NCBI GenBank assembly: GCA_002050235.1
Contig: MWST01000027.1
Span: 25,155-89,154, forward strand
Length of the DNA: 64,000 nt
DNA from: Polyangiaceae bacterium UTPRO1
Lineage (GTDB): Bacteria; Desulfobacterota; Binatia; UTPRO1
Direction: 5' to 3'
In this document: positions 1 through 10,339 of the stretch, piece after piece
Numbering within the stretch: the stretch's first letter is position 1
How the letters are laid out: each line of letters begins with the position of its first letter
Notes under the pieces: model-generated
What the model was told of the DNA's origin: nothing
Databases searched by the model: none
What the model saw: only the letters and a program-made list of their open reading frames with translations
Position numbers and translations under genes: made by a program

Positions 1-40
1 ACGACCTCACCATGCCAAAACTGCGGTGCGTTGGCGAGGC

Positions 41-69
41 GAGTGTGCACGTAGTATACGTGCACGCTT
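41..69. promoter_or_regulatory. Inverted repeat upstream of bolA (possible operator or RNA hairpin)
   Basis: Perfect 9-bp IR gtgcacgta-gta-tacgtgcac at 45-65, extendable with G-U pairs to 41-69. Confidence 0.4.
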
Positions 70-70
70 C

Positions 71-298
71 ATGCATCCCGACGAGATCCAACGCAGTCTA
101 GCGGAAACGTTCCCCGCCGCGGCGATCAGTGTCGAGGACTATACCGGCGGCGGCGATCATTTCTCGGTCCACATCACGAGCCCGGCGTTCGCAGGGCGGT
201 CGCTGGTGGAGCGGCATCAAATGGTCTACCGGGCGCTTGCGGCCCTCATGCCCCGCATCCACGCCCTGCAGCTCAAGACCGACGCACCGGGCGAGTGA
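71..298 (+). CDS. bolA: BolA family transcriptional regulator / Fe-S partner
   Basis: MHPDEIQ...GGGDHFSVHITSPAFAGRSLVERHQMVY...IHALQLKT is the BolA signature; directly upstream of grxD; start taken at ATG 71. Confidence 0.93.
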   Translation: MHPDEIQRSLAETFPAAAISVEDYTGGGDHFSVHITSPAFAGRSLVERHQMVYRALAALMPRIHALQLKTDAPGE

Positions 299-311
299 GG
301 AGAGATTACCC

Positions 312-635
312 ATGGCAGACCCCGTCATCACCGAGATCGAGAACGAACTGCGCAACAACAAGATCATGATCTATATGAAGGGCACTCCGAGCTTCCCGCA
401 GTGCGGCTTCTCCGCAGCCACCATCGAGGTCTTCGAACAGCTCGGCCGGCCCTTCGGCAGCGTCGACGTGCTGAGCCAGCCCGCCAAGCGCGAGGCGATC
501 AAGCGCTACTCCAACTGGCCGACGATCCCGCAGGTCTACGTCGACGGGAAGTTCCTCGGCGGCTGCGACATCGTGCGCGAGATGTTCACGACCGGCGAGC
601 TGAAGCGCCTGCTCGACGCAGCGTTCGCGAGCTGA
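312..635 (+). CDS. grxD: Monothiol glutaredoxin (Grx4 family)
   Basis: KGTPSFPQCGFS motif, SNWPTIPQVYVDGKFLGGCDIV; ATG at 312. Confidence 0.96.
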   Translation: MADPVITEIENELRNNKIMIYMKGTPSFPQCGFSAATIEVFEQLGRPFGSVDVLSQPAKREAIKRYSNWPTIPQVYVDGKFLGGCDIVREMFTTGELKRLLDAAFAS

Positions 636-680
636 GTCTCCGCGCCGCCGCCGGGATCGACTCGAGTCTGCCGCGTTACG

Positions 681-1895
681 TCACGGGTGCTGCTCGCGGA
701 GGTCGAGCGCTTGTGCCAGATCGGCTATCAGGTCGGCGGCATCCTCGATGCCGACAGCATAGCGAATGAGGTTGTCCTTGATGCCGACCATTAGTCGCTC
801 CTCGGTCGTGAGCTCGTAGAAGCTCATCAGGGCGGGTTGCTCGATCAGGCTCTCGATGCCGCCCAGCGAGGGGGCGATCCGCGGTATACGGCAGGCGTCG
901 ACGACCCGTATCGCCGCATCGAGATCGCCCTCTACCTCGAAGGAGACGACGCCGCCGAAGCCTCGCATTTGCCGGCGCGCGATGGCGTGTTCGGGATGGC
1001 TCGGCAGACCGGCGTAGTGGACGCGCTGCACCTTCGAGTGGCCCTCTAGGAACTCGGCGATCGCCTGGGCGTTGGCGTTCTGCCGTTCGATCCGGAGCGC
1101 CAGCGTCTTCAGGCCGCGGATCAGGAGATAGGCGGCGAACGGGTCGAGCACTGCTCCGGTTACGCCATGGAACGCGCGGATGCCGTCGACGAGATCGGCA
1201 GACCCGAGGACCGCACCGGCCATGATGTCGTTGTGGCCGCCCAGGAACTTGGTGGCGGAGTGCAGCACCAGATCGACGCCCCACGCGAGCGGCTGCTGAT
1301 TGTAGGGTGTCGCGAACGTTGCGTCGATGACGGTCTTGACGCGGTGGCGTCGCCCGATATCGGCGAAGCGCTCGAGGTCGAGGATGCGGTTGTAGGGGTT
1401 CGTCGGCGATTCGCTGATGAGGATGCGGGTATTCGGCCGGATCGCTTCGGCGATGGCCTCGTAGTCGCCGGCGGGGACCGTCGAGCACTCGATGCCGTAG
1501 CGATGCAGCGTCTGGGTGAGGAACTGGCGCGTACGGCGATAGGAGTCGTTGGTGACGACGACATGCGCCCCGCGCGACAGCATGGCGAAGAGCGTCGTCG
1601 TCACCGCGGCCATCCCGCTCGCCATGAGGACGCAGTCTTCGGCGCCCTCGAGCACGGCGAGCTTCTGCTCGGCAGTGCGCTGGGTAGGGTTGCCGTAGCG
1701 GCCGTACTCTTCGCGCTCGATGCGATGCTCGAAGTGGTCGCGGAGCTCCTGCGTGTCGGCGAAGGTGTAGGTGGCGGTCTGGACGATCGGCGTCGTCAGG
1801 GCGTTGGCGGCCTTGTGGCGCGGCTCGCCGGCGTGCACCGCCACGGTGGAGAACCCGGGCGCCGTGCCGGTGCCGTATGGGTCGCGAGCGTTCAT
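681..1895 (-). CDS. metB: Cystathionine gamma-synthase, plant-type (Cys/Met PLP enzyme)
   Basis: C-terminal part of the 681-4661 ORF: YGRYGNPT, SGMAA, ESPTNP, HSATKFLGGHND (PLP Lys), SLGGIESL; start overlaps the thrC stop (TGATG). Confidence 0.88.
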   Translation of the reverse strand: MNARDPYGTGTAPGFSTVAVHAGEPRHKAANALTTPIVQTATYTFADTQELRDHFEHRIEREEYGRYGNPTQRTAEQKLAVLEGAEDCVLMASGMAAVTTTLFAMLSRGAHVVVTNDSYRRTRQFLTQTLHRYGIECSTVPAGDYEAIAEAIRPNTRILISESPTNPYNRILDLERFADIGRRHRVKTVIDATFATPYNQQPLAWGVDLVLHSATKFLGGHNDIMAGAVLGSADLVDGIRAFHGVTGAVLDPFAAYLLIRGLKTLALRIERQNANAQAIAEFLEGHSKVQRVHYAGLPSHPEHAIARRQMRGFGGVVSFEVEGDLDAAIRVVDACRIPRIAPSLGGIESLIEQPALMSFYELTTEERLMVGIKDNLIRYAVGIEDAADLIADLAQALDLREQHP

Positions 1896-3241
1896 CAGGC
1901 TTCGAGGAGGCGAGCGCGTTCGACGTGGCGCGCGATGGTGTCTGCGACCTGCTTGGCGTCGGCAGGCAGCTCGACGGGAAGGTTCCGGTGATTCGGCTTG
2001 ATGCCGGCGAGCGTGCCGAGATGGTATGCCGTCTTCTGGTCCGCGAACTTGAGCCCGTGAGCGGTCGAGATCACCACGACGCGATCGCTCGCCTTGACGA
2101 TCTTGTGCTCGACGAGCTTGCGCAGGGCCGCGAGCGCGACGCCGGTATGCGGGCAGTTGAACATGCCGGTGCGGTCGGCGCGCGCCGATTCGTCCGCGAG
2201 CTCTTGCTCGCTCGCCTGCTCGACGACGCCGTTGAACCGCTGCAGGGTGCGGATGGCCCGCTTGGCGCTCACCGGATTGCCGATCTGGATGGCGCTGGCG
2301 AGGGTCTGCCGGGCGGTGACCGGCTCGAAGCGCTCGAAGCCGGACAGATACGACCGATACAGCGGGTTCGCGTGCTCGGCTTGTGCGACGCAGATGCGCG
2401 GCAGCTTCTGGATGAGGCCGAGGTCCTGCAACAGCAGGAAACCCTTGCCGAGAGCCGTCACGTTGCCGAGGTTGCCGCCCGGGATGACCACCCAGTCCGG
2501 AACCTCCCAATCGAACTGCTGCACGATCTCTATGGCGACGGTCTTCTGGCCTTCGATACGGAGGCTGTTCATCGAGTTCGCAAGGTAGATACGCTTCTGT
2601 TTGGTTATCTCCTGCACGACGGCCATGCAGCCGTCGAAATCGGTATCGAGCGATAGTACGAGGGCGCCGTTCGCGAGCGGCTGCACGAGCTGGGCTGGCG
2701 AGACCTTGTTGCGCGGCAGGAGCACGATCGACGCGATGCCGGCGGCTGCGCAGTACGAGGCGAGGGCCGCCGAGGTATCGCCGGTGGAGGCGCAGGCGAC
2801 GGCGTCGATGGGCTGGCCGTCGGCGATCATCTGCTTCACGACGGAAACGAGCACTGTCATGCCGAGGTCTTTGAAAGAGCCCGTATGCGAATTGCCGCAC
2901 TGCTTGACCCAGAGGTCCTCGACGTGCAGTTGCCGTCCGTAGCGCTCGGCCCAGAAGAGATTGCTGTTGCCTTCGAAGGTGGAGACGATGTTCTCGTTGT
3001 CGATGAAGGGGAGCACCCACTCCTTCTTGGCCCAGACCCCCGACCCATACGGGTACGTGCTCTTGCGCGTGCGCTCGTCGAAGAGCTGCATCCAGGCGGC
3101 CGGTGCGCGCGTGCGCAGTGCGTCGACGTCGTGCTGCACCTCGAGGAGGTCGCCGCACGTCGGGCAGCGGTAGATGATCTCGAGGAGGGAGAACTGCCCC
3201 GGGCAGCCGTTGATGCACTGGAACCACGCGTTGTAGCTCAT
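1895..3241 (-). CDS. thrC: Threonine synthase, long plant-like type
   Basis: [35 protein letters not shown] (PLP Lys), [21 protein letters not shown]. Confidence 0.95.
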   Translation of the reverse strand: MSYNAWFQCINGCPGQFSLLEIIYRCPTCGDLLEVQHDVDALRTRAPAAWMQLFDERTRKSTYPYGSGVWAKKEWVLPFIDNENIVSTFEGNSNLFWAERYGRQLHVEDLWVKQCGNSHTGSFKDLGMTVLVSVVKQMIADGQPIDAVACASTGDTSAALASYCAAAGIASIVLLPRNKVSPAQLVQPLANGALVLSLDTDFDGCMAVVQEITKQKRIYLANSMNSLRIEGQKTVAIEIVQQFDWEVPDWVVIPGGNLGNVTALGKGFLLLQDLGLIQKLPRICVAQAEHANPLYRSYLSGFERFEPVTARQTLASAIQIGNPVSAKRAIRTLQRFNGVVEQASEQELADESARADRTGMFNCPHTGVALAALRKLVEHKIVKASDRVVVISTAHGLKFADQKTAYHLGTLAGIKPNHRNLPVELPADAKQVADTIARHVERARLLEA

Positions 3242-3292
3242 GATCGACCGAGCTTCCGACAGGCAATACGAAAAAGCAACTCGTGACCGGCG

Positions 3293-4615
3293 TCAGCGCC
3301 ACCAGCCGTGCGCGCGCAGTACGACGATCCAGGCATAGCCCGTACCCCAGGGGGTAGGGTCGAGCCACGGGTCGCGCGCTCCGATCATGGCGAGCGGGAA
3401 GGAGACCGCGTAGGCGATCCAGAACGCGGTGCGGCCGGCACGTGAGCGCAGGGTCGCGTAGGCGTCGGCGAAGAACACGTAGAGGAGCGGGATGAAGAGG
3501 CAGAACCAGCGGACGCCGTAGCTGTTTCCGCCCGGGTTGTCGGAGGTGGCGAGATAGTAGGCGGTGAGCGCCGTCGTCGGTGCGATCACGAGCCCGAGCT
3601 CGGCGCGCCACGGGTAGGTGCGGTCGGCGGTGAGCCGCAGCATTCCGATCACCACGAACAGGAGGACGGGTGTCAGAGCGAAGATTCCGCGAGTGCCGAA
3701 GGTGCAGAGCCAGACATACGCGAGCAGTGCGCTGAGCGAAGCGTGGGGGAGGGAGGAGCCGGCGAGATGCCCGGCGGACGCGGCGAAATAGGACCCGGGA
3801 TATTCGAAGAGGCGCGGCTGCAACGAGAGCGGCAACGGACTGCCCGAGAGGACATATGCGTATCCCAGGTAGCCGGCGATGGGTGCCGCGGCGACAGCAC
3901 CGAACGTGAGGATCGCAGTGCCCCGGCGCGGCGCCCCGGGCCAGCCGATGTAGGACAATAAGAAGGGCAGGTAGAACGCGGCGCCATGATCGGCCGTTGC
4001 CGCCGTGCCGACGAGCAGTCCTCCGGTGGCGAGAGTGGGGAGTCCGGCGCCGAAGCGTCTCCACGACCAGACGAGCAGCGTACCCGTGAGCAGCGCCGTG
4101 GCAGAGGGCGGATGGTTCGAGAACGTGACGCTGTAGACGGTGTTCAGCGAGCCGAGGCCGATCGCTACCAGGGTGAGCGCGCGCCAGCGCGGGTCGGGGA
4201 CTATGCGCCCGAGGAAGCGAGCGAGGAACAACAGGCCGAGCCATGTCGTAGCGCCTATCGTAAGCAGCGTCGTCCAGTAGTAGGCACGCGGGAGGTCGCT
4301 GCGGAACGTGAGGCCGCGGGCGACCTCGGCGGCGTATACCGGAACCGCCATGAGGGCGACGGCGGGCGGCTTGTCGGAGTAGTAGTGGCCGTCGATCATG
4401 CAGACATCGCCGCTCTTGCGGCCCATCTCGGTGCCGTCGACGTACAGCCGCCCGTGCTCGACGATCGCTTCCACCATCGCGAGGCGCGAGGTGTCGTTCC
4501 AGCCGCCGTAGCGCGCGTGCGTCCCGAAAACGAGAAAGATAGCGATGGCCGCGAGCGCGACCGGGACGGCTGCGCTCGCGGCGGGCGAGTACGCGGCCGT
4601 GGTCGCCGCGCTCAC
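3293..4615 (-). CDS. Polytopic membrane protein, GT-C-fold glycosyltransferase-like
   Basis: Multiple TM segments; WNDTSRLAM, YYSDKPP, FSNHPP; GTG start overlaps the upstream stop (GTGA). Confidence 0.7.
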   Translation of the reverse strand: MSAATTAAYSPAASAAVPVALAAIAIFLVFGTHARYGGWNDTSRLAMVEAIVEHGRLYVDGTEMGRKSGDVCMIDGHYYSDKPPAVALMAVPVYAAEVARGLTFRSDLPRAYYWTTLLTIGATTWLGLLFLARFLGRIVPDPRWRALTLVAIGLGSLNTVYSVTFSNHPPSATALLTGTLLVWSWRRFGAGLPTLATGGLLVGTAATADHGAAFYLPFLLSYIGWPGAPRRGTAILTFGAVAAAPIAGYLGYAYVLSGSPLPLSLQPRLFEYPGSYFAASAGHLAGSSLPHASLSALLAYVWLCTFGTRGIFALTPVLLFVVIGMLRLTADRTYPWRAELGLVIAPTTALTAYYLATSDNPGGNSYGVRWFCLFIPLLYVFFADAYATLRSRAGRTAFWIAYAVSFPLAMIGARDPWLDPTPWGTGYAWIVVLRAHGWWR

Positions 4616-6021
4616 TCGGCTCCCTCGGACGCGTCGCTGCGCGGCCGGCGCGTCGCGGCAATTCCGCCCGCGACGGCTGTCGCCGCGACCAGGTTGGCGA
4701 TCGCGAGAGCCCACTCGCGGGGCACGTCGCGGCGACGGAGCTCGTGGCGGTGCGCGCGCACCGCCGGCGGGAAGACTGCCTCGTCGGGCTGTACGTGCAT
4801 GGCGAGGAGGTTGCCCCACTGCCAGGAGAGAATCTGCAGGCTCATGGTCACGAGGCATGCAAGAGCGCCGAGCGTCGTTCGCGGCAACAAGAACGCAGAG
4901 CCGATCAGAAAGGGCGCAGTGAAGGCTCCGTAGGTGCTGTGGACGCGGGTCGGCAGGAGCACCGCCGCGAGGGTCACGAGGGCAGCGAGCGGCAAGATGC
5001 CGAACCGGGCATGGAGCGGATCCCGGCGCTCCCAGGCGCGCACGATCGCGTAGGCTCCCGCGAGGCCCGCAGAGAGGAGCAGCGCCCCCCAAGCGTCGCG
5101 GGTGATGCCGAGCAGGCGGGTTCTAGGATCGAGCACGCCGGTCGCGAGGAGGTCGATGTACCAGACGTTGAAGCTCATCGCTGTCGTCCAGTGCAGTCGA
5201 TACACGTAATTGTCGAGATATGCGGAGCGCAACCATGCGGTGCCGGAGTCGACCCAGAAGGGCAGCGCCGCCAGGTTCAGTGCCAGCAGCGCCACGACGC
5301 CGGCGCCGACGATCCGCGCTCGCGGCCTACGGAAGAGGAGCGCGTACAGCCAGAGCGGCGCGAAGATCAGCCCCGACGGCTTCGCCGCGAGTGCGATACC
5401 CCAGAGTGCACCTGCCGTGAGCCAGCGGCCGCGCGTCATCGCCAGCACCATCCAGATACCCGGGGCGAGGACCCAGGACTCGGTTTGGCCCCAGAATGCT
5501 CCGTCGAGAAGGAGTGGCGGCGCCAGCCAAGCGGCGGCGAAGGCGGCCACTGCCGCGTTGCCAGAGGCGAAGCTGCCGACGAGCAGGGCGAGGCCCAGCG
5601 CGAGCAGGAGCTCGGCGCCGGACGTTGCGACCGCGTAGGCGACCCGCGCGGTGGCGGTATTGGCTACGGAGCTCGGGTCGAGACGTTCGAGCAGGCGACC
5701 CTGGAGTAGGAAGACATAGGCGGCCAGGGGCGGATAGTTCAACCGCTCGCCGGTTCCGGTGAACAGGCGCCGGGGGTGGCCATCGATGAACACATCGGTA
5801 GCAACGGGCTCGGGCGGATGCCGATACAAGTCGAGCACTCCGGCTGTGACTGCCTGGCGGCCCCAGCAGACGTAGTCGACGTGGTCTCCGAGGAAGCCCC
5901 AGCGCGGCGCGAGCCCGAGGAGGACGACTCGCACCGCGCATCCGGCGACGAGTGCTGCGAACAGCGCGACGACAGCGCGCCGCTGCTTGCTCAGGGCAGC
6001 GGCAGTAGCGGCGGCGGACAC
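4612..6021 (-). CDS. Membrane glycosyltransferase (GT87/PIG-M-like, GT-C fold)
   Basis: DHVDYVCWG, NYPPLAAY, FWGQTES, ALAAKP motifs among about 10 TM helices. Confidence 0.75.
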   Translation of the reverse strand: MSAAATAAALSKQRRAVVALFAALVAGCAVRVVLLGLAPRWGFLGDHVDYVCWGRQAVTAGVLDLYRHPPEPVATDVFIDGHPRRLFTGTGERLNYPPLAAYVFLLQGRLLERLDPSSVANTATARVAYAVATSGAELLLALGLALLVGSFASGNAAVAAFAAAWLAPPLLLDGAFWGQTESWVLAPGIWMVLAMTRGRWLTAGALWGIALAAKPSGLIFAPLWLYALLFRRPRARIVGAGVVALLALNLAALPFWVDSGTAWLRSAYLDNYVYRLHWTTAMSFNVWYIDLLATGVLDPRTRLLGITRDAWGALLLSAGLAGAYAIVRAWERRDPLHARFGILPLAALVTLAAVLLPTRVHSTYGAFTAPFLIGSAFLLPRTTLGALACLVTMSLQILSWQWGNLLAMHVQPDEAVFPPAVRAHRHELRRRDVPREWALAIANLVAATAVAGGIAATRRPRSDASEGAE

Positions 6022-6111
6022 GACGGCTTGCTAGGCGCCGCCGCTCCGAAACTCAAGTGGAACGCTCCGCCGTGGCCTGCTCTCGACGCCCGTGTACGAC
6101 GGCTCCTCCCC

Positions 6112-6504
6112 TTATTGCGTTATCGCGATGCGGCGCGGCTTCGCCCGTTCTGCTTTCGGGATCTCGAGTGAGAGAACCCCGTTCTGCATACGCGCGACGA
6201 TGCGGTCGCTGTCGACGTCGTTGGAGAGCGTGAAGCGACGGACGTAGTTGCCGACGTAGTACTCCGTGTAGAGCGGAGTGACGTCCTGATAATCCTTGAG
6301 GTCGACCTGCCCCTCGATCGTCAGCACCCCGTTGTCGAGATGGACGTTGAGCGAGCTCTCGTCGACGCCGGGCATGTCGGCCCACAGCCACAAACCTTCC
6401 CGAGTTTCATAGATGTCGACCTGCGGAACGTAGGTTCGTCCCGCTCGCGTCGTTTCGTCGAGAGCTTCTCGCTTCTCCGGGATCTTGAGCTCTTGATTGG
6501 TCAT
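6112..6504 (-). CDS. Hsp20/alpha-crystallin small heat shock protein
   Basis: PQVDIYET, ADMPGV, FTLSNDVDSDRIVARMQNGVLSLEIPK. Confidence 0.94.
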   Translation of the reverse strand: MTNQELKIPEKREALDETTRAGRTYVPQVDIYETREGLWLWADMPGVDESSLNVHLDNGVLTIEGQVDLKDYQDVTPLYTEYYVGNYVRRFTLSNDVDSDRIVARMQNGVLSLEIPKAERAKPRRIAITQ

Positions 6505-6532
6505 GAGAGTCTTTCCTCCTGAATCCGTTCGC

Positions 6533-6979
6533 TCAGCTCGCCTTTACGCTGATCTGGCGCGGCTTCGCTTCTTCTTTCTTGGGAACGCGAATCGTCAGGA
6601 CGCCGTACTTGTAGGCGGCATCGGCACGGCTCAGATCGAGATCGGCGGGAAGCTGGAAGGAGCGTGAAAACTGCCCCGACCCGCGCTCGCGACGATGGAA
6701 GCTGCCTCCAGGCGGTGGCGCGACCTCGCGTTTGCCGCTGACGGTGAGCGTCCTCCCCTCGGCCTCGATGTGAACATCTCCGGGCGGGACGCCGGGGGTC
6801 TCCAGCTTCATCACGTAGCCGTCCTTGTCGGCGAAGACATTGACCGGTGGAAAGACGCCGCGGCCGGACGGGCCGAGATCGATCCCGAAGGGCTTGTCGA
6901 ACACGCGCTCCAACTCGCGCTGGAGAGCCAGCAAGCCGGAGACGGGATCGAAGCTTGACGACATGCGAAATCGAGTCAT
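6533..6979 (-). CDS. Hsp20/alpha-crystallin small heat shock protein
   Basis: PPVNVFAD, RRERGSGQFSRSFQLP, YKYGVLTIRVPK; SD GAGGAGG about 8 nt before ATG 6979. Confidence 0.94.
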   Translation of the reverse strand: MTRFRMSSSFDPVSGLLALQRELERVFDKPFGIDLGPSGRGVFPPVNVFADKDGYVMKLETPGVPPGDVHIEAEGRTLTVSGKREVAPPPGGSFHRRERGSGQFSRSFQLPADLDLSRADAAYKYGVLTIRVPKKEEAKPRQISVKAS

Positions 6980-7114
6980 GGATGGAACCTCCTCACGGAA
7001 TATCGATTGGGTGGGTACAACCAGCGGCCGCAAACCTAAGCGCGGATCCCGCAGCGTCAAGGCGCGCAGCCGGAACCCGAGGTCCCGGCCTGGGGTGCAT
7101 GGGCTTGCACTTCT

Positions 7115-7132
7115 GTCTACATACGTGTAGGT
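7115..7132. promoter_or_regulatory. Putative TetR operator palindrome in the hsp20/tetR divergent intergenic region
   Basis: ctaca-tacg-tgtag dyad (7117-7130) just after a TTGCAC -35-like hexamer and 12 nt before the tetR start. Confidence 0.45.
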
Positions 7133-7142
7133 AGGGGCTCTT

Positions 7143-7796
7143 ATGCCGTCGCGCTCCCGTTCGACGCCTGCTGCGGACGACACCCGTGAGCGCGTCATCG
7201 ACGCCGCACAAGCGATCTTCGCGCGCGACGGCTTCGTCGGCGCCAAGATGCAGGAGATCGCCGATCGCGTCGGCATCCAGCGTCCGAGCCTCTTCTACCA
7301 CTTCAAGAACAAGGAGGCGCTTTTCGTGGCGGCGCACGAGCAGGTGTTCGCCAGGATCGAGCCGGTATTCCGCGAGAGCCTGGCGCCGAACGGTGACCCG
7401 TTCGTTCAGCTCGATCGCGTGAGCCGCGCCGTGCTCGCGGTCATGGCGGAAGAACCGGATTTCGCGCGCATGGTAGCCCGTACGTCCGTCGATCGTCATC
7501 CGGCGGCGGTGAAGATCGTGCGCACGTACCTGCAGCCGTTGATCGACCTGTCGGTCGCCTTCGTCCGCGACGGGCAGCGACGCGGCGTCTTCGCCGACAT
7601 CGATCCGTTCTTCTTCACGTTGAACAGCTGGGGGGCGGCGCTCGTCTACTTCGTCGCCCGCGATCTGCTCGCCCCGGCCGCCAAGCCGACCGACGCCAGG
7701 GACGTCGCTCGGTTCACCACGACGCTGCTGCAGATGGGCAATCGCGCACTCGCGACGAGTGAGCGGCGCAGGACGCCCGCCCGGCGGGCGTCCTAG
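7143..7796 (+). CDS. TetR/AcrR family transcriptional regulator
   Basis: N-terminal HTH: VIDAAQAIFARDGFVGAKMQEIADRVGIQRPSLFYHFKNKEALF. Confidence 0.95.
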   Translation: MPSRSRSTPAADDTRERVIDAAQAIFARDGFVGAKMQEIADRVGIQRPSLFYHFKNKEALFVAAHEQVFARIEPVFRESLAPNGDPFVQLDRVSRAVLAVMAEEPDFARMVARTSVDRHPAAVKIVRTYLQPLIDLSVAFVRDGQRRGVFADIDPFFFTLNSWGAALVYFVARDLLAPAAKPTDARDVARFTTTLLQMGNRALATSERRRTPARRAS

Positions 7797-7816
7797 TTCC
7801 AGGAGGTAAACCCATC

Positions 7817-8956
7817 ATGGAGCGTCGAGTCTTCAGCCGCGAGCACGAGTTGTTTCGCGAGCAATTCAAGAAATTCTGCGAGCGCGAGATCACTCCCAAC
7901 GTCGATCGCTGGGAAGAGCAGCGCATCGTCGATCGGGACACCTGGAAGAGGGCGGGCGAGCAGGGCTACCTCTGTCCGATGCTCGACCCGAAATATGGGG
8001 GTTCGGGAGTCGACTTCGGCTATGCGGCGATCATCAACGAAGAGATCGTGAGGGCCGGTTCCTCGGGATTCACGGCCGGACTCCACAGCGACATCGTCGT
8101 CCCCTACATAGACAGCTACGGTAACGAGGCGCAGAAGGAGCGCTGGCTCCCGGGCTGTGCTGCCGGCGACACGATTACGGCGATCGCCATGACCGAGCCG
8201 AACACCGGCTCCGATCTGGCGTCCATCAAGACGACTGCCGTTCGCGACGGCGACTCGTACGTAATCAACGGCCAGAAGACGTTCATCTCGAACGGCATCC
8301 TCTGCGACCTCGTGATCGTCGCCGCCAAGACGGATCCCGAGTCGCGGCACGGCGGGGTCAGCCTGATCGTCGTCGAGAACGGCACGGCGGGCTTCGAGAA
8401 GGGTCGCAAGCTCAACAAGATGGGCATGCACTCGCAGGACACTGCGGAGCTCCACTTCTCCGACTGCCGCGTTCCGGTCGGCAACCTCCTCGGAGAGGAA
8501 GGGCAGGGGTTCTACTACTTGATGGAGAAACTCCAGCAGGAGCGTCTCGTATGTGCGATCGGCGCCCAGGCGGGCATGGAGACCGTACTCGCCGAGACCG
8601 TCAAGTACGCGCAGGAACGCCAGGCGTTCGGCAAGCCGATCGCCAAGTTCCAGAACACGCAGTTCAAGCTCGCGGAGATCGCAACCGAGGTCGAGATCGG
8701 TCGCGTCTTCGTCGACCGGCTCATCGAGGAACACATCAAAGGCACTCCCATCATCAAGGAAACCAGCATGGCCAAGTGGTGGGTGACCGAGATGTGCAAG
8801 CGCAACATCGATCTCTGCCTGCAGTTCTTCGGCGGCTACGGCTTCATGGAAGAATATCAGATCTGTCGGGCCTACCGTGACGCTCGCGTGCAGACGATCT
8901 TCGCAGGCACTACCGAAATCATGAAGATCATCATCGCCAAATCCATGGGACTCTAG
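7817..8956 (+). CDS. Acyl-CoA dehydrogenase (long-chain type)
   Basis: [55 protein letters not shown]. Confidence 0.96.
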   Translation: MERRVFSREHELFREQFKKFCEREITPNVDRWEEQRIVDRDTWKRAGEQGYLCPMLDPKYGGSGVDFGYAAIINEEIVRAGSSGFTAGLHSDIVVPYIDSYGNEAQKERWLPGCAAGDTITAIAMTEPNTGSDLASIKTTAVRDGDSYVINGQKTFISNGILCDLVIVAAKTDPESRHGGVSLIVVENGTAGFEKGRKLNKMGMHSQDTAELHFSDCRVPVGNLLGEEGQGFYYLMEKLQQERLVCAIGAQAGMETVLAETVKYAQERQAFGKPIAKFQNTQFKLAEIATEVEIGRVFVDRLIEEHIKGTPIIKETSMAKWWVTEMCKRNIDLCLQFFGGYGFMEEYQICRAYRDARVQTIFAGTTEIMKIIIAKSMGL

Positions 8957-8987
8957 TCCCCGCATTCATCCAAGGAGAGTATCCGCA

Positions 8988-10175
8988 ATGATCAAGAACC
9001 CGCGCAAGGTGTCCGTGATCGGCGTCGGCATGACGCAGTTCTTCAAGCCCGGCGAGAAGGATTACCCCGAGCTCAGCAAGCAAGCCGGCGATCAAGCTTT
9101 GAAGGACGCCGGCATCGCGTACGACGTGATCGAGCAGGCCTTCGTCGGCTACGTCTACGGCGAGTCCACCTGCGGCCAACGCGCCGTCTATCAGCTCGGC
9201 CTCACCGGCATCCCCGTCTACAACGTGAACAACAATTGCTCGACCGGCTCGACGGCGCTCTACCTGGCCTACCAGGCGATCGCGAGCGGCATGAACGACT
9301 GCGTCCTGGCCCTCGGCTTCGAGAAAATGGAGCGCGGCTCGCTAGGGGCCAAGTTCACGGACCGTACGCATCCTATGGATCAGCACATGCAGGTCATGAT
9401 GTCGACGCAGGGCTTCGAGTCCGCACCCGCGGCGGCTCAGATGTTCGGCGGCGCGGGTCGTGAGCACATGCAGCGCTACGGCACGACCAAGGAGCAGCTC
9501 GCCAAGGTCGCCGTCAAGAACCGCCGGCACGCAGTCGCCAACCCGCGCTCGCAGTTCCGCCAAGCCTCGAGTCTCGAAGAGATCCTGGCGGCGCCGATGG
9601 TCTTCGAGCCGCTCACCAAGTTCCAATGCTGCCCGACGTCCGACGGCGCGGCCGCGGCGGTGCTCTGTTCCGAGGAATTCGCGAAAAAGCACGGCGTCGA
9701 CAAGGGCGTCTCGATAGCGGCGATGACGATGACGACCGACTTCCCGACGAGCTTCGAGCAATCGATGATCAAGATGGTCGGCCAGGACCTGACCAAGGCC
9801 GCGGCGACCAAGGTTTACGAGCAGAGCGGCCTCGGGCCCGAGGACGTGCAGGTGATCGAGCTGCACGACTGCTTCACGCCGAACGAGATCATCACCTACG
9901 AGGGGCTCGGGCTCTGCGGCGAAGGCGAGGCCGGTAAGCTGATCGACGACAACCAGACCACGTACGGCGGCAGGTGGGTGGTGAATCCGTCGGGCGGCCT
10001 GCTTTCGAAGGGGCATCCTCTCGGGGCGACGGGTCTCGCCCAGTGTTTCGAGCTGAACTCGCAGCTCCGCGGGCTCGTCGAGCCCGAGCGGCAGGTGCAG
10101 GGCGCCAAGGTCGGTCTTCAGCACAATCTCGGTCTCGGCGGCGCCTGCGTCATTGCGATGTATCGTCGCGACTAG
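8988..10175 (+). CDS. SCP-x-type thiolase / lipid-transfer protein
   Basis: [10 protein letters not shown] (catalytic Cys), [34 protein letters not shown]. Confidence 0.93.
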   Translation: MIKNPRKVSVIGVGMTQFFKPGEKDYPELSKQAGDQALKDAGIAYDVIEQAFVGYVYGESTCGQRAVYQLGLTGIPVYNVNNNCSTGSTALYLAYQAIASGMNDCVLALGFEKMERGSLGAKFTDRTHPMDQHMQVMMSTQGFESAPAAAQMFGGAGREHMQRYGTTKEQLAKVAVKNRRHAVANPRSQFRQASSLEEILAAPMVFEPLTKFQCCPTSDGAAAAVLCSEEFAKKHGVDKGVSIAAMTMTTDFPTSFEQSMIKMVGQDLTKAAATKVYEQSGLGPEDVQVIELHDCFTPNEIITYEGLGLCGEGEAGKLIDDNQTTYGGRWVVNPSGGLLSKGHPLGATGLAQCFELNSQLRGLVEPERQVQGAKVGLQHNLGLGGACVIAMYRRD

Positions 10176-10197
10176 GGCGCGGCGATGGTCGACGTCT

Positions 10198-10236
10198 GGG
10201 GCGGCGCGCCGGGCAGCATGCGCGGCGCGCCGCCCC
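10198..10236. terminator. Strong GC hairpin after the thiolase (terminator or REP-like)
   Basis: Perfect 14-bp stem ggggcggcgcgccg / cggcgcgccgcccc; no U-tract. Confidence 0.4.
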
Positions 10237-10339
10237 TCGGGATCACGGACATCGGCGTCCCGGGCGCGATGACGCGTCCGTACTTGTGGCCGCCACGAGA
10301 TCACTGCATATACGTGCGCCCATGGCCGAGGCGCATGCG

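Noticed and set aside
681-4661. 1326-aa ORF on the minus strand
   Set aside because: GC-rich read-through. Only the last 404 aa (metB) are real; the rest overlaps thrC and the GT gene in other frames.
10181-10285. Possible fluoride (crcB) riboswitch before the antiporter (ggcgatgg... gatgacgc...tac)
   Set aside because: Only the short words match. P1 is weak, the pseudoknot complement is missing and the spacing is too long.
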